A stretch of 64,000 nucleotides of DNA from Piscinibacter sp. (GCA_019635485.1 JAHBZL010000003.1:169087-233086), one strand, 5' to 3'. Positions 23,611 through 35,269 are shown, numbered from the stretch's first letter. Numbers and translations: made by a program. The notes: generated by a model from the sequence alone, not told the origin.

Positions 23611-24033
23611 ATGGCCGGACTCAGCCCCGAGACCCCTCAGCCCACCAGCATCACCGTGCACCAGCAATCACGCGTGCTCGAAGTGGGTTTCAGCGATGGC
23701 CAGACCTTCCGCATCCCGTTCGAGCTGATGCGGGTCTACTCGCCGTCGGCCGAAGTGCAGGGCCACGGCCCCGGCCAGGAGGTGCTGCAGACGGGCAAGC
23801 GCGAGGTCGACCTGACGGGCCTCGAGCCCATCGGCAACTACGCCGTGCAGCCGACCTTCAGCGACGGCCACGATTCCGGCATCTTCTCGTGGGACTACCT
23901 GTACTTCCTCGGGTCGGAGCAGGACGAACTGTGGGCACGCTACCGCCAGCGCCTGGCGGATGCCGGTGTCGACCGCGATGCGCCGATGGCCGCCGCGCCG
24001 GCCGCCGGCGGTTCCTGCGGTCACCACCACTAG
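23611..24033 (+). CDS. DUF971/GBBH-like N-terminal domain protein
   Basis: [33 protein letters not shown]. Confidence 0.9.
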   Translation: MAGLSPETPQPTSITVHQQSRVLEVGFSDGQTFRIPFELMRVYSPSAEVQGHGPGQEVLQTGKREVDLTGLEPIGNYAVQPTFSDGHDSGIFSWDYLYFLGSEQDELWARYRQRLADAGVDRDAPMAAAPAAGGSCGHHH

Positions 24034-24041
24034 CCGCGACG

Positions 24042-24773
24042 ATGGGCGACACGCATTTCGGATTCGAGACCGTCGACGAGACGCAGAAGGCGCGCCGCGT
24101 GCGCGGTGTGTTCGATTCGGTCGCGTCGAAGTACGACGTGATGAACGACCTGATGTCGCTCGGGATGCATCGCGCCTGGAAGGCCTACACGGTGGCCGTC
24201 GCGAAGCTGCGTCCCGGGCAGCAGGTGCTGGACATCGCCGGCGGCACCGGGGATCTGGCGCGCGCGTTCGCGAAGCGGGTCGGCCCGGGCGGCACGGTGC
24301 TGCACACGGACATCAACGAGGCGATGCTGCGCCAGGGGCGCGACCGGCTGCTCGACGAGGGCCTGGTGCTGCCGACGCTGCTGTGCGACGCGGAGTCGCT
24401 GCCGCTGCGCGAAGCCAGCTTCGACCTCGTCAGCGTCGCCTTCGGGCTGCGCAACATGACGCACAAGGACCGTGCCCTGGCCGAGATGTGCCGGGTGCTG
24501 AAGCCCGGTGGCCGCCTGCTCGTGCTCGAGTTCTCGAAGGTCGCCGCGCCGCTGGCCAAGGCCTACGACTGGTACTCGTTCAACGTGCTGCCCCGCCTCG
24601 GGCAATGGGTCGCCGGCGACGCCGACAGCTACCGCTACCTGGCCGAGTCGATCCGGATGCATCCGGGCCAGGCGGAGCTGAAGTCGATGATGAAGCGCGC
24701 CGGCTTCGGGCACGTGGACGTGCACAACCTGAATGCCGGCGTCGTCGCGCTGCACGTGGGGATCAAGTGCTGA
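24042..24773 (+). CDS. ubiE: Ubiquinone/menaquinone C-methyltransferase
   Basis: [42 protein letters not shown]. Confidence 0.98.
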   Translation: MGDTHFGFETVDETQKARRVRGVFDSVASKYDVMNDLMSLGMHRAWKAYTVAVAKLRPGQQVLDIAGGTGDLARAFAKRVGPGGTVLHTDINEAMLRQGRDRLLDEGLVLPTLLCDAESLPLREASFDLVSVAFGLRNMTHKDRALAEMCRVLKPGGRLLVLEFSKVAAPLAKAYDWYSFNVLPRLGQWVAGDADSYRYLAESIRMHPGQAELKSMMKRAGFGHVDVHNLNAGVVALHVGIKC

Positions 24774-25390
24774 GGGTCCGATACCCGGTGCGTCAAGGCT
24801 GGCTGCTGGTTCTGCTGCTGGCAGCCGGACTCCTCGCGGTTCCGCGGGACGCCCATGCTGCCGCGCTGACCGCGATGACCACCTCGCTCGGGCTGGGCGT
24901 CGCCGCGCTGGCGCTGCTGGCGGCGCCCCTGGGGGACCCCGGCGTGGCGGCCACGGGCCTGGTGGCGCTGCTGCTGCTCACGCTCGGCGCGCATCGGATG
25001 CGGCGCGTGCGTGAGGCGCCACGCGCTGCCACCGGTGAACAGGCCCTGCTCGCGATGGCACGCGACCGCTTCGTCGCCTTGCAGGCTGCCTGGGACCAGG
25101 CCGACGTGGAGGCGCTGCGGGCGCTGACCACCGACGGCATGCTCGACGAACTGCTGGCGCAGCTGCCCGAACGCGGCGACGGCCCGAACCGGACCGACGT
25201 GCTTGCGCTCGAGGCCCGGCTGCTTGCACACGACCGGCTCGGCGCGATCGAACTGGCGAGCTTCGAGTTCAGCGGCGTCGTGCGCGAGTCGCCGGAGCGC
25301 TGCGCGACGCCGTTTCGCGAGATCTGGATGCTGGCCCGCGACGCCGGCGAGCAGGACTGGCGCCTCGCGCGCCAGCAGGCCCTGCTATAG
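24767..25390 (+). CDS. Tim44-like domain protein
   Basis: [32 protein letters not shown]; follows ubiE; start uncertain (GTG 24767 or 24788). Confidence 0.8.
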   Translation: MLRVRYPVRQGWLLVLLLAAGLLAVPRDAHAAALTAMTTSLGLGVAALALLAAPLGDPGVAATGLVALLLLTLGAHRMRRVREAPRAATGEQALLAMARDRFVALQAAWDQADVEALRALTTDGMLDELLAQLPERGDGPNRTDVLALEARLLAHDRLGAIELASFEFSGVVRESPERCATPFREIWMLARDAGEQDWRLARQQALL

Positions 25391-26665
25391 GCGCCAGCCG
25401 CGCAGGCCCTGGGCCGAGAGCGCGGCCGGTTCGTAGCTCGACTTCACGTCGACGAACACCGCCCCCTTGATCGCCTTGGCGGCGATCGCCGGCAGGCCCA
25501 TCTCGCGGTACTCGGCGTGGGCCACCGCGGCGACGATCGCGGCGGCCGGCGGCAGCTCCTCCCACGGCGTCAGGTGGATGCCGTATTCGTGCTCGCACTC
25601 GGCCGACTCCGCGAGCGGGTCGTGCACGTGCACCTTGGCGCCGAAGCTCCTCAGCTCGTTGATCACGTCGATCACCTTGCTGTTGCGCAGGTCCGGGCAG
25701 TTCTCCTTGAAGGTCATGCCGAGCACGACCACGTCGGCGCCCTTGACCGGCAGGTCGGCCGCGATCATCTGCTTGACCGTCTGCTCGGCGACGTACTTGC
25801 CCATGCTGTCGTTGATGCGCCGGCCGGCCAGGATGACCTGCGGGTTGTAGCCGAGCTTCTCGGCCTTGTGCGTCAGGTAGTAGGGGTCGACGCCGATGCA
25901 ATGGCCGCCGACCAGTCCGGGCCGGAACGGCAGGAAGTTCCACTTCGTGCCGGCGGCCTTCAGCACCTCCAGCGTGTCGATGCCGATGCGGTTGAAGATG
26001 ACCGACAGCTCGTTCATCAGCGCGATGTTCAGGTCGCGCTGCGTGTTCTCGATCACCTTGGCCGCCTCGGCCACCTTGATGCTGCTGGCCGGGTAGACGC
26101 CAGCGGTGATGATCGCGCCGTAGACCTCGGCCACCTTCTTCAGCGTCTCCGGCGTGTCGCCCGAGACCACCTTCGTGATCTTGGTGACGGTCCGCTCCTT
26201 GTCGCCGGGGTTGATGCGTTCGGGGCTGTAGCCGACGAAGAAGTCGCGCTTCCACTGCAGGCCCGAGGTCTTCTCGATCACCGGGATGCAGACTTCCTCG
26301 GTCGCGCCGGGATAGACGGTCGACTCGTAGACGACGATCGCGCCCTTCTTCAGGTGGCGTCCGACGCTCTCCGACGACTTGACCAGGGGCGTGAAGTCCG
26401 GCTGGTGCGCATCGTCCACCGGCGTCGGCACGGCGACCACGATGAAGTCGGCTTCGGCCAGCACCTTCGGATCCGTGCTGCAGGTGAGCTGCGTGGCCGC
26501 CTTCAGGTCCTCGGTGGACACCTCGCCGGTCGGGTCGACGTGGCGTCCGTAGGCGGCCACCTTGTCGGCCGAGAGGTCGAAGCCGAAGGTGCGGAACTTC
26601 TTGCCGAACTCGACGGCCAGCGGCAGGCCGACGTAGCCGAGGCCGATCACGGCGATGGTGGTCAT
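25385..26665 (-). CDS. UDP-N-acetylhexosamine 6-dehydrogenase (TviB/WbpO-like)
   Basis: GLGYVG, ESTVYPG, YSPERINPG, AAKVIENTQRD, GGHCIGVDP, KENCPDLRNS. Confidence 0.92.
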   Translation of the reverse strand: MTTIAVIGLGYVGLPLAVEFGKKFRTFGFDLSADKVAAYGRHVDPTGEVSTEDLKAATQLTCSTDPKVLAEADFIVVAVPTPVDDAHQPDFTPLVKSSESVGRHLKKGAIVVYESTVYPGATEEVCIPVIEKTSGLQWKRDFFVGYSPERINPGDKERTVTKITKVVSGDTPETLKKVAEVYGAIITAGVYPASSIKVAEAAKVIENTQRDLNIALMNELSVIFNRIGIDTLEVLKAAGTKWNFLPFRPGLVGGHCIGVDPYYLTHKAEKLGYNPQVILAGRRINDSMGKYVAEQTVKQMIAADLPVKGADVVVLGMTFKENCPDLRNSKVIDVINELRSFGAKVHVHDPLAESAECEHEYGIHLTPWEELPPAAAIVAAVAHAEYREMGLPAIAAKAIKGAVFVDVKSSYEPAALSAQGLRGWRL

Positions 26666-26685
26666 GGGTGCAATCCTTCCCGGGT

Positions 26686-27693
26686 TCAAACCTTGAAATA
26701 GTCGCGGTACCACTGCACGAAGCGGGCAATGCCCTGCGACACCGGCGTGGCGGGCCGGAAGCCGGTCCAGGCCTCGAGTTCGGACACGTCGGCGTAGGTC
26801 GCCGGCACGTCGCCGTCCTGCAGCGGCAGGAACTCCTTGCGGGCCGGGCGGCCGATGGCGGCCTCGATCGCCTCGATGAACGCCATCAGCGGCACCGGGC
26901 TGTTGTTGCCGATGTTGAAGACACGATAGGGCGCATGGCTGCGTGCCGGGTCCGGCGCGGCTGCGTCGAACGCCGGGTCGGCGCTGGCGATGCGGTCCAG
27001 CGTGCGCACCACGCCTTCGGCGATGTCGTCCACGTAGGTGAAGTCGCGCACCATCCGCCCGTGGTTGAACACCTTGATCGGCTCGTCCGCGAGCATCGCC
27101 TTGGTGAACAGGAACAGCGCCATGTCCGGCCGGCCCCAGGGCCCGTAGACCGTGAAGAAGCGCAACCCGGTGGTCGGCAGGCCGAACAGGTGGCTGTAGG
27201 TGTGCGCCATCAGCTCGTTGGCCTTCTTGGTCGCCGCGTACAGGCTCACCGGGTGGTCGATGTTGTGATGCTCCGAGAACGGCATCGCGGTGTTGCCGCC
27301 ATACACGCTGGAACTCGATGCGTACACGAGGTGCTGCACCTGGGTGTGCCGGCAGCCCTCGAGGATGTTCGTGAAGCCGGCGACGTTGCTGTCGATGTAC
27401 GCGGCCGGGTTGACCAGCGAGTAGCGCACGCCCGCCTGCGCGGCCAGGTGCACGACGCGGTCGAAGCGCTCGGCGCGGAACAGCGCGTCGACACCCTCCC
27501 GGTCGGCGACGTCCAGCCGGACGAAGCGGAAGCCCGGCAGCGGCAGCAGGCGCGCGAGCCGGTCCTCCTTCAGCTTCGGGTCGTAGTAGCTGTTCAGGTT
27601 GTCCAGGCCGACCACCTCGTCGCCGCGGGCCAGCAGCAGCTGGCTGACGTGCATTCCGATGAAGCCGGCGGCGCCGGTGACGAGGACCTTCAT
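26686..27693 (-). CDS. NAD-dependent epimerase (UDP-glucuronate 4-epimerase/CapI-like)
   Basis: [41 protein letters not shown]. Confidence 0.92.
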   Translation of the reverse strand: MKVLVTGAAGFIGMHVSQLLLARGDEVVGLDNLNSYYDPKLKEDRLARLLPLPGFRFVRLDVADREGVDALFRAERFDRVVHLAAQAGVRYSLVNPAAYIDSNVAGFTNILEGCRHTQVQHLVYASSSSVYGGNTAMPFSEHHNIDHPVSLYAATKKANELMAHTYSHLFGLPTTGLRFFTVYGPWGRPDMALFLFTKAMLADEPIKVFNHGRMVRDFTYVDDIAEGVVRTLDRIASADPAFDAAAPDPARSHAPYRVFNIGNNSPVPLMAFIEAIEAAIGRPARKEFLPLQDGDVPATYADVSELEAWTGFRPATPVSQGIARFVQWYRDYFKV

Positions 27694-27804
27694 GGTCGGG
27701 TGGCGGGGTTGAAGTGTTGGTCGGTCAGGGACAACGGCGGATTCTCGGCGAAGCGAGGGCGCGCTTGCACCCGCCCGAACCGGGGTGGCGACAACACACG
27801 GCAG

Positions 27805-29268
27805 TCACTGTGCGCGGCCGTAGGTGTCCTCGAAGCGGACGATGTCGTCCTCGCCGAGGTAGCTGCCGGATTGCACCTCGATGATCTCGAGCGGCACCTT
27901 GCCGGGGTTCGCGAGGCGGTGTTTCTCCCCCAGCGGAATGTAGGTGCTCTGGTTCTCCGAGAGCAGGATCCGGCGGTCGCCGCAGGTGACCTCGGCCGTG
28001 CCGCTGACGACGATCCAGTGTTCCGCGCGGTGGTGGTGCATCTGCAGGCTCAGGCTCGCCCCGGGCTTGACCAGGATGCGCTTGACCTGGAACCGCGGGC
28101 CGGCGTCGACGCTGTCGTACCAGCCCCAGGGGCGGTGCACCTGGCGGTGCAGTGCCTGCTCGCTGCGGCCGGCGCGGTCCAGCTCGCCGACGATCTGCTT
28201 GACCTGCTGGCTGCGGGCGCGGTCCGCCACCAGCACCGCGTCGGGTGTCTCGACCACGACGACGTTGTCCAGGCCGACCACGCCCACCAGCCGGCTGGTC
28301 GCGTGCACCAGCGTGTTGCGGCTGTCGTGCACCAGCGCGTCGCCGTGGCTCGCGTTGCCCGCATCGTCCTTCGCGCTGACCTGCCAGACCGCCTCCCACG
28401 CGCCGAGGTCGTTCCAGCCCGCATCGAGTGCCACCATGCGCAGCGAGAAGGCGCCCGGCGCGGACGCCACCGGCTCCATCACCGCGTAGTCGACCGACTC
28501 GGAAGGGATCGCGCCGAACTCGGCCCGTCCCGGCCGGACGAAGCTCGCGTCGACGCTGCGGCCGGCCCAGGCCGTCCGCGTGGCGGCGAGGATGTCCGGC
28601 CGGAAGCGCTCCAGCGCCGCGAGCCAGACCGACGCACGGACCACGAACATGCCGCTGTTCCAGAAGTAGCTGCCGTCGGCGAGGTAGCGCTGCGCGGTGG
28701 CCAGATCCGGCTTCTCGACGAAGCGGGCCACGCCCTGCCCGGCGGCATCGCCGGCCGCGGCGGCGATGTAGCCGTAGCCGGTCTCGGGCCGGTCGGGCCG
28801 TACGCCGAGGATCACGATGTGCCCGAGCGCCGCGCTGCGCGCCGCCTGCTGCAGCGCCCGCGTGAAGGCGGCTTCGTCGGTGACCGTCTGGTCCGCCGGG
28901 CTCACCACCAGCACCGGATCGAGGCCATCCGCGCTGGCCTGCAGCGCCGCCAGCGTCATCGCCGGCGCGGTGTTGCGCCCGGTCGGCTCGAGCAGCAGCG
29001 TGGCGCCGGCCTGGCCCAGTTCGCGCAGCTGCTCGAGCACCAGGAAGCGGTGCTCCTCGTTGCCGACCACGCAGGGCGGCGCCACCGCCAGGTCCGCAGC
29101 GGCCACGCCGGCCAGGCGCTGCACGGCCTGCTGGAAGAGGCTGGTGTTCCCCTGCAGCACCAGGAACTGTTTCGGGAACTGGGCCCGCGACAGCGGCCAC
29201 AGGCGGGTGCCGCTGCCGCCGGCCATCACGACCGGCTGCACGGGAATCGGTGAGGAAGCAGTGTTCAT
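27805..29268 (-). CDS. manC: Mannose-1-phosphate guanylyltransferase/mannose-6-phosphate isomerase
   Basis: GGSGTRLWPLSR, FVEKPD, WNSGMF, RPWG, SLQMHHHRAEHW cupin domain. Confidence 0.95.
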   Translation of the reverse strand: MNTASSPIPVQPVVMAGGSGTRLWPLSRAQFPKQFLVLQGNTSLFQQAVQRLAGVAAADLAVAPPCVVGNEEHRFLVLEQLRELGQAGATLLLEPTGRNTAPAMTLAALQASADGLDPVLVVSPADQTVTDEAAFTRALQQAARSAALGHIVILGVRPDRPETGYGYIAAAAGDAAGQGVARFVEKPDLATAQRYLADGSYFWNSGMFVVRASVWLAALERFRPDILAATRTAWAGRSVDASFVRPGRAEFGAIPSESVDYAVMEPVASAPGAFSLRMVALDAGWNDLGAWEAVWQVSAKDDAGNASHGDALVHDSRNTLVHATSRLVGVVGLDNVVVVETPDAVLVADRARSQQVKQIVGELDRAGRSEQALHRQVHRPWGWYDSVDAGPRFQVKRILVKPGASLSLQMHHHRAEHWIVVSGTAEVTCGDRRILLSENQSTYIPLGEKHRLANPGKVPLEIIEVQSGSYLGEDDIVRFEDTYGRAQ

Positions 29269-29283
29269 TGACGAGGATCAGGT

Positions 29284-30312
29284 TCAGGCGGCCACGAAGC
29301 CGTGCGGGTTCATCGACTGCCAGCGCCACGCATCCGTGCACATCGTGTCGAGGTCGCGCCGCGCGCGCCAGCCCAGCACCTCGGCGGCGCGGCTCACGTC
29401 GGCATAGATCGCGTCGATGTCGCCGGGGCGGCGCGGCAGCACGGCATGCGGCACGCGGCGCCCGCAGGCGCGTTCGAACGCGCGCAGTACTTCCAGCACG
29501 CTGTAGCCGCGGCCGGTGCCGAGGTTCACGGTCAGCGAGGCACCGCCGTCCAGCAGGTGGCGCAGCGCCGCAACGTGGCCATCGGCGAGGTCGAGCACGT
29601 GGATGTAGTCGCGCACACCGGTGCCGTCCGGGGTTGCATAGTCGTCGCCGAACACACGCAGGTGCTCGCGCTGGCCGATCGCCACCTGCGTCAGGTAGGG
29701 CATCAGGTTGTTCGGAACGCCTTGCGGGGCTTCGCCGATCAGGCCGCTTTCGTGGGCGCCGATCGGGTTGAAGTAGCGCAGCAGCGCGATGCGCCACTGC
29801 GGCTCGGCGCGTTCCAGGTCGCGCAGCAGGTTCTCGCCGATCAGCTTGGTGGCGCCGTAGGGATTGGTGGCAGAGAGCGGCGCGTCCTCGGTGATCGGCA
29901 GCCGTTCGGGCTGCCCGTAGACGGTGGCGCTGGAGCTGAACACGATCGTGCGGCAGCCGTGGCGCTGCATCGTCCGGGCGAGCGTGACCAGTCCGCCGAC
30001 GTTGTTGCGGTAGTACTCGAGCGGCTTCTCGACGCTCTCGCCGACCGCCTTGAAGGCAGCGAAGTGCACCACCGCGTCGATGCGCTTGCGACCGAACAGG
30101 GTGTCCAGCGCCGCCGCGTCGCCGACGTCGGCGCGCTCGAAGCGCGGCGCCTGGCCGGACAGGCGCTCGAGGCGCTTCAGCACTTCAGGCGAGCTGTTCG
30201 AGAAGTCGTCCAGCCCGATCACGCGGAAACCGGCCGCCAGCAGCGCGAGCCAGGTGTGCGAGGCGATGTAGCCGGCGGCGCCGGTGAGCAGGATGGTCGG
30301 GGAAACGGTCAT
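29284..30312 (-). CDS. galE: UDP-glucose 4-epimerase
   Basis: [41 protein letters not shown]. Confidence 0.96.
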   Translation of the reverse strand: MTVSPTILLTGAAGYIASHTWLALLAAGFRVIGLDDFSNSSPEVLKRLERLSGQAPRFERADVGDAAALDTLFGRKRIDAVVHFAAFKAVGESVEKPLEYYRNNVGGLVTLARTMQRHGCRTIVFSSSATVYGQPERLPITEDAPLSATNPYGATKLIGENLLRDLERAEPQWRIALLRYFNPIGAHESGLIGEAPQGVPNNLMPYLTQVAIGQREHLRVFGDDYATPDGTGVRDYIHVLDLADGHVAALRHLLDGGASLTVNLGTGRGYSVLEVLRAFERACGRRVPHAVLPRRPGDIDAIYADVSRAAEVLGWRARRDLDTMCTDAWRWQSMNPHGFVAA

Positions 30313-30416
30313 CGCGGGTGGGAAGGCGGTCGCGGGCGATTCTCGCCCAGCCTCCCGCCGCCCGGGCCACGCCTTCGTGGGGGTGGTTGTGACACCCTGC
30401 CTACAATCCCTTCATC

Positions 30417-30965
30417 ATGCTGCAAAGCCTCCAGTTGCTTGCCTCCACCGCCGTGATGGAGCGGGTCACGCTGCTGCTCAACCATGTCATCGCGGCCGAA
30501 CCCGCGGCGCAGCAGCGCCTGCGGCCGCATGCCGGCCGGGCGATCCAGATCCGCTTCGAGGGCTGGCCCCGGCTGCTGCCGCCACTGCCGCCGACGGCCT
30601 TCCGCGTCAGCGCGGCCGGGCTGCTCGAATGGTGTGGCACCGACGTGCCGGAGCCCCCCGAACTGCGGGTCGCGGTGGATGCGACGAATCCGGCGCTGGC
30701 GCTGGCGCGATCGCTGACCGGCGAACGTCCGCAGGTCGAGGTGGCTGGCGATGCGCAGTTCGCGACCGACGTCAACTGGCTGTTCGACAACCTGCGCTGG
30801 GACGTGCAGGAAGACCTGGCGCGCGTGGTGGGCGACGGCCCGGCGCGCGAGCTGGCACGGCTCGGCCAGGGCATCGCTGCCGGGCTGCGCGAGGCGGCAC
30901 GCAAGGTCGGCGACGTCGCGACACGGCTGCGCGGCGGCGAGCGGCCCGAACCGCCGCCGCGATGA
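30417..30965 (+). CDS. ubiJ: Ubiquinone biosynthesis accessory factor (SCP2 domain)
   Basis: GDAQFA...[16 protein letters not shown]; overlaps the ubiB start; own TACAAT -10 at 30402-30407. Confidence 0.85.
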   Translation: MLQSLQLLASTAVMERVTLLLNHVIAAEPAAQQRLRPHAGRAIQIRFEGWPRLLPPLPPTAFRVSAAGLLEWCGTDVPEPPELRVAVDATNPALALARSLTGERPQVEVAGDAQFATDVNWLFDNLRWDVQEDLARVVGDGPARELARLGQGIAAGLREAARKVGDVATRLRGGERPEPPPR

Positions 30966-32512
30966 GGCACGTCGGCCGGCTGGTCGTCATCTGCATCACC
31001 GTTCTGCGCTACGGGCTGGACGAGCTGGTGCTCGGCAGCTTCCGGCAGCGCTGGGTGCGTGGGCTGGTGCGTGTGCTGACCATCGGCCGGCGTCTGGACG
31101 CGCCGCGCGGCGTGCGGCTGCGGCTCGGGCTCGAGCGGCTCGGGCCGATCTTCGTCAAGTTCGGCCAGGTGCTGTCGACCCGGCGCGACCTGCTGCCGGC
31201 CGACTTCGCCGACGAACTTGCCAAGCTGCAGGATCGGGTGCCGCCGTTCCCGGCGGCGCAGGCGCGCGGGCTGGTGGAGAAAGCGTTCGGCCGTCCGATC
31301 GAGGACATCTTCGACCGCTTCGATGCCGAGCCGGTGGCCTCCGCGTCGATCGCGCAGGTGCACTTCGCCAGGCTGAAATCGGGCCGCGAGGTCGCGGTCA
31401 AGGTGCTGCGCCCGGGCATGCTGGCCGTGATCGACGACGACCTGGCGCTGATGCGCACGCTGGCCGTCTGGGTCGAGCGCTTCTCGGCCGACGGCAAGCG
31501 ACTGAAGCCGCGCGAGGTGGTCGCCGAGTTCGACGTCTACCTGCACGACGAGCTCGACCTCGTGCGCGAGGCGGCCAACGCGGCCCAGCTGCGCCGCAAC
31601 ATGCAGGGGCTGCAGCTGGTCGAGATCCCCGAGATGGTCTGGGAGCTCTGCACCCAGAACGTGATCGTGATGGAGCGCATGAACGGCGTGCCGATCAGCC
31701 AGCGCCAGCGCCTGCTGGACGCCGGCGTCGACATCCGCAAGCTGGCGCGCGACGGCGTGACGATCTTCTTCACCCAGGTGTTCCGCGACGGCTTCTTCCA
31801 TGCCGACATGCACCCGGGCAACATCCAGGTCAGCGTCGAGCCGGCGACCTTCGGGCGCTACATCGCGCTGGACTTCGGCATCGTCGGCACGCTGACCGAG
31901 TTCGACAAGGAATACCTGGCGCAGAACTTCATCGCCTTCTTCCGGCGCGACTACAAGCGGGTCGCCGAACTGCACGTCGAAAGCGGCTGGGTGCCACCAG
32001 AGACGCGGGTGGACGAGCTGGAAGGCGCCATCCGCGCCGTCTGCGAGCCGCACTTCGATCGCCCGCTGAAGGACATCTCGCTGGGCCAGGTGCTGCTTCG
32101 GCTGTTCCAGACCTCGCGCCGCTTCAACGTCGAGATCCAGCCGCAGCTGGTGCTGCTGCAGAAGACACTGCTGAACGTCGAGGGCCTGGGGCGCGAACTC
32201 GACCCGGAGCTGGACCTGTGGAACACCGCCAAGCCCTTCCTCGAGCGCTGGATGCACGAGCAGATCGGCTGGCGCGGGCTGCTCGAGCGGCTCAAGAACG
32301 AGGCGCCGCGCTACGCGCAGCTGCTGCCGGAGCTGCCGCGCCTGCTGCACCAGGCGCTGGCGCGGCGCGAGCACGCGAGCGACCGCCGGCTCGAGGCCGT
32401 GCTGCTCGAGCAGCAGCGCACCATCGGCCGGTTGCAGGCGCTGCTGGCCGGTGGCGTCGGCATCGGTTTCGGTGCCCTGGCGGTGCTGCTGGCGCTGCGC
32501 TGGCTGGCCTGA
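30962..32512 (+). CDS. ubiB: Ubiquinone biosynthesis kinase-like protein
   Basis: [45 protein letters not shown]. Confidence 0.97.
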   Translation: MRHVGRLVVICITVLRYGLDELVLGSFRQRWVRGLVRVLTIGRRLDAPRGVRLRLGLERLGPIFVKFGQVLSTRRDLLPADFADELAKLQDRVPPFPAAQARGLVEKAFGRPIEDIFDRFDAEPVASASIAQVHFARLKSGREVAVKVLRPGMLAVIDDDLALMRTLAVWVERFSADGKRLKPREVVAEFDVYLHDELDLVREAANAAQLRRNMQGLQLVEIPEMVWELCTQNVIVMERMNGVPISQRQRLLDAGVDIRKLARDGVTIFFTQVFRDGFFHADMHPGNIQVSVEPATFGRYIALDFGIVGTLTEFDKEYLAQNFIAFFRRDYKRVAELHVESGWVPPETRVDELEGAIRAVCEPHFDRPLKDISLGQVLLRLFQTSRRFNVEIQPQLVLLQKTLLNVEGLGRELDPELDLWNTAKPFLERWMHEQIGWRGLLERLKNEAPRYAQLLPELPRLLHQALARREHASDRRLEAVLLEQQRTIGRLQALLAGGVGIGFGALAVLLALRWLA

Positions 32513-32607
32513 GCCGGCTGGGGCCCCCGGCCGGGTGCCCGCAAGCCTTGCAGGGATAATCCGCGCCGGTTTCGTTTCCCGCCTCCCCGTAAGGAGCGCC
32601 GCGCGCC

Positions 32608-34059
32608 ATGCTGCTGACCCTGGTCGTCGTCTACCTGCTGATCACCATCGCCATCGGCCTGTGGGCCGCGCGGCGAGTCAAGAACACGGCCGACTTCGTG
32701 ATCACCGGCCGGCACCTGCCGCTGGTGATGATCGTCACGACCACCTTCGCGACCTGGTTCGGCTCCGAGACGGTGCTGGGCATTCCGGCGCGCTTTGCCG
32801 AGGGCGGCTTGAACTCCGTCGTCGAGGACCCGTTCGGCGCCGGCTTCTGCCTGATCCTGGTCGGCCTGTTCTTCGCCGGCAAGCTCTACCGGATGACGCT
32901 GCTGACGATCAGCGACTACTACCGCGAGCGCTACGGCCGCGTCGTCGAGGTGGCCTGCTCGCTGATGATCATCCTCAGCTACCTGGGCTGGGTCTCCGCA
33001 CAGGTGACCGCGCTCGGCCTGGTGTTCAACGTGCTCTCCGGCGGCGCGATCGGCATCCCGACGGGCATGGTGCTGGGCACCGTGTCCATCCTCGCGTACA
33101 CCTTGTTCGGCGGCATGTGGTCGGTCGCGGTGACGGACTTCCTGCAGATGATCGTGCTGGTCGTCGGGCTGGTCCTGCTGGCGGTGTTCGCGGGCCAGCT
33201 CGCCGGCGGCGCGGACAAGGTGATCGCGCTGGCGCAGAGCAAGGAGATGTTCCGCTTCCTGCCCGAGCCGAGCGCGAAGGACGTGGTCTTTTTCGTCGCC
33301 GCCGGCATCACGATGATGCTGGGCTCGATCCCGCAGCAGGACGTATTCCAGCGCGTCATGTCGGCCAAGGACGTCAAGGCCGCGACGCGCGGCCCGGTGA
33401 TCGGCGGGCTGTGCTACATCGCATTCGCCTTCCTGCCGATGTTCCTGGTCGCCAGCGCGATGATCATCATGCCCGAGCAGACCGCGACCTTCCTGAAGGA
33501 GGATCCGCAGAAGGTGCTGCCGACGCTGGTGCTCGAGCACATGCCGTTCACGATGCAGGTGGTGTTCTTCGGCGCGCTGCTGTCCGCGATCATGTCCACC
33601 GCGTCGGCGACGTTGCTCGCCCCCTCGGTCACCTTCGTCGAGAACATCTGGCGCCAGGCGTTCCCGCGCCTGGGCGACCGGCAGGAACTGCGCACGATGC
33701 GCATCACGGTGCTGCTGTTCGCCGTCTGCGTCTGTGCCTACGCGATCTCGCTGCAGGGCACCTCGATCTACGAGATGGTGTCCGGCGCCTATCAGGTGAC
33801 CCTCGTCGGCGCGTTCGTGCCGCTGGTCTGTGGCCTGTACTGGAAGCGTGCGACGACGCAGGGCGCCGTCTTCTCCATCGTGCTGGGCATCCTGACCTGG
33901 GTGCTGTTCATGGCGACGCCGGCCGGCGAGCAGTTTCCGGCCCAGCTGGCGGGCTTCCTGATGGCGATCGTGGGCATCGTGATCGGCTCGCTCGGCCCGC
34001 AGGCGCTGCAGAACCGCCACGGCGCGCATCACCCCATCGCCGGGCTGCCCGGTGCCTGA
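32608..34059 (+). CDS. Sodium:solute symporter family protein
   Basis: ATWFGSE, YTLFGGMWSVAVTD, QQDVFQR, AIMSTAS; about 13 TM segments. Confidence 0.92.
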   Translation: MLLTLVVVYLLITIAIGLWAARRVKNTADFVITGRHLPLVMIVTTTFATWFGSETVLGIPARFAEGGLNSVVEDPFGAGFCLILVGLFFAGKLYRMTLLTISDYYRERYGRVVEVACSLMIILSYLGWVSAQVTALGLVFNVLSGGAIGIPTGMVLGTVSILAYTLFGGMWSVAVTDFLQMIVLVVGLVLLAVFAGQLAGGADKVIALAQSKEMFRFLPEPSAKDVVFFVAAGITMMLGSIPQQDVFQRVMSAKDVKAATRGPVIGGLCYIAFAFLPMFLVASAMIIMPEQTATFLKEDPQKVLPTLVLEHMPFTMQVVFFGALLSAIMSTASATLLAPSVTFVENIWRQAFPRLGDRQELRTMRITVLLFAVCVCAYAISLQGTSIYEMVSGAYQVTLVGAFVPLVCGLYWKRATTQGAVFSIVLGILTWVLFMATPAGEQFPAQLAGFLMAIVGIVIGSLGPQALQNRHGAHHPIAGLPGA

Positions 34060-34109
34060 GCCGGCGTCCCCGCGGCGCCACGTTCCGCCCGCGAACCGGG
34101 CCGCGGTCG

Positions 34110-34115
34110 TATAAT
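34110..34115 (+). promoter_or_regulatory. -10 element for the FmdB-DUF502-aspS cluster
   Basis: Consensus TATAAT 35 nt upstream of the ATG. Confidence 0.6.
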
Positions 34116-34149
34116 TTGCGGTTTTCCTTTCTGCATCAAGGGTTTAGCC

Positions 34150-34539
34150 ATGCCGATCTACGCCTACCGCTGTGACGCCTGCGGCCACGCGAAGGACGTG
34201 CTGCAGAAGATCTCCGACGCGCCGCTGAACGTGTGCCCGGCCTGCGGTGCCGATGCGTTCCGCAAGCAGCTCACGGCCGCCGGCTTCCAGCTCAAGGGTT
34301 CGGGCTGGTACGTGACCGACTTCAAGGGTGGCGGCGCCAAGCCGGACGCCAAGTCGGGCGACGCCAAGGGCGGCGACACGAAGCCCGCGGATGCCAAGGG
34401 CGGCGAGGCGAAGGGCGGCGAGTCCAAGCCGGCCGACACCGGTGGTTCCGGCGGCTCCGACAGCTCCGGTGGCGACACCAAGTCGGCCAGCTCGGCCGCA
34501 CCGGCCGGCGGCTGCGGCACCGGCTGCGCCTGCCACTGA
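34150..34539 (+). CDS. FmdB-family zinc-ribbon protein
   Basis: MPIYAYRCDACG...CPACG...FQLKGSGWYVTDF; low-complexity tail. Confidence 0.93.
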   Translation: MPIYAYRCDACGHAKDVLQKISDAPLNVCPACGADAFRKQLTAAGFQLKGSGWYVTDFKGGGAKPDAKSGDAKGGDTKPADAKGGEAKGGESKPADTGGSGGSDSSGGDTKSASSAAPAGGCGTGCACH

Positions 34540-34569
34540 CGGCGCCGCACGCGACCGCGAAAGACCCGC

Positions 34570-35205
34570 TTGAAAAAGTACCTGATCGCCGGGCTGCTGG
34601 TCTGGCTGCCGATGGCCATCACCATCTGGCTGCTGCATTCCGTGCTCGGCCTGCTGGACGGCGTGTTCGGCTGGCTGCTCAGCGCCTCCCAGGCGGTGCT
34701 GCCGGCCGCGGCCCACGAGCCGCTGGAGATGCTGCGCAACATCCCGGGCCTGGGCGTGATCGTGATGCTGATCGGCCTGCTGTTGACCGGCGTGTTCGCG
34801 ACCAACATCGTCGGCCAGTGGTGGCTGCGCCAGGGCAGCCGGGTGCTGCACCGGATCCCGATCGTCAAGTCGATCTACAGCTCGATCAAGCAGGTCTCCG
34901 ACACGCTGTTCTCCAGCAGCGGCAATGCCTTCCGCGAAGCGGTGCTGGTGCAGTACCCGCGCGCCGGCGCCTGGACGATCGCCTTCGTCACCGGCCGGCC
35001 GGGCGGCGAGGCGGCGCACTACCTCGCGGGCGACTACCTGAGCGTCTACGTGCCGACGACGCCCAACCCCACCTCGGGCTTCTTCCTGATGGTGCCGCGC
35101 GCCGACGTGATCGAGCTGACGATGAGCGTCGACGAGGCGCTCAAGTACGTCATCTCGATGGGCGTCGTCGCGCCGCCGCTGCCGGCCGAACTGGCCCGAA
35201 ACTGA
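34570..35205 (+). CDS. DUF502 membrane protein
   Basis: [26 protein letters not shown]; TTG start; conserved upstream of aspS. Confidence 0.9.
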   Translation: MKKYLIAGLLVWLPMAITIWLLHSVLGLLDGVFGWLLSASQAVLPAAAHEPLEMLRNIPGLGVIVMLIGLLLTGVFATNIVGQWWLRQGSRVLHRIPIVKSIYSSIKQVSDTLFSSSGNAFREAVLVQYPRAGAWTIAFVTGRPGGEAAHYLAGDYLSVYVPTTPNPTSGFFLMVPRADVIELTMSVDEALKYVISMGVVAPPLPAELARN

Positions 35206-35269
35206 CCCTTCCCGATCCCCTGCCGGGAGGCTGGCCGCCTCCCCGCCCCGCCAGACCCTGGAGCCTCCC

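Noticed and set aside
23960-24766. 476-aa ORF fusing an alternative frame of ubiE to Tim44
   Set aside because: The upstream part is an off-frame read of ubiE; no slippery site was seen
30284-30961. Long upstream extensions of ubiB (also of the ligase from 40173, arginase from 52984 and ybhP from 37103)
   Set aside because: The real starts overlap upstream stop codons (ATGA, TGATG, GTGA); the extensions are alternative frames of the neighbouring genes
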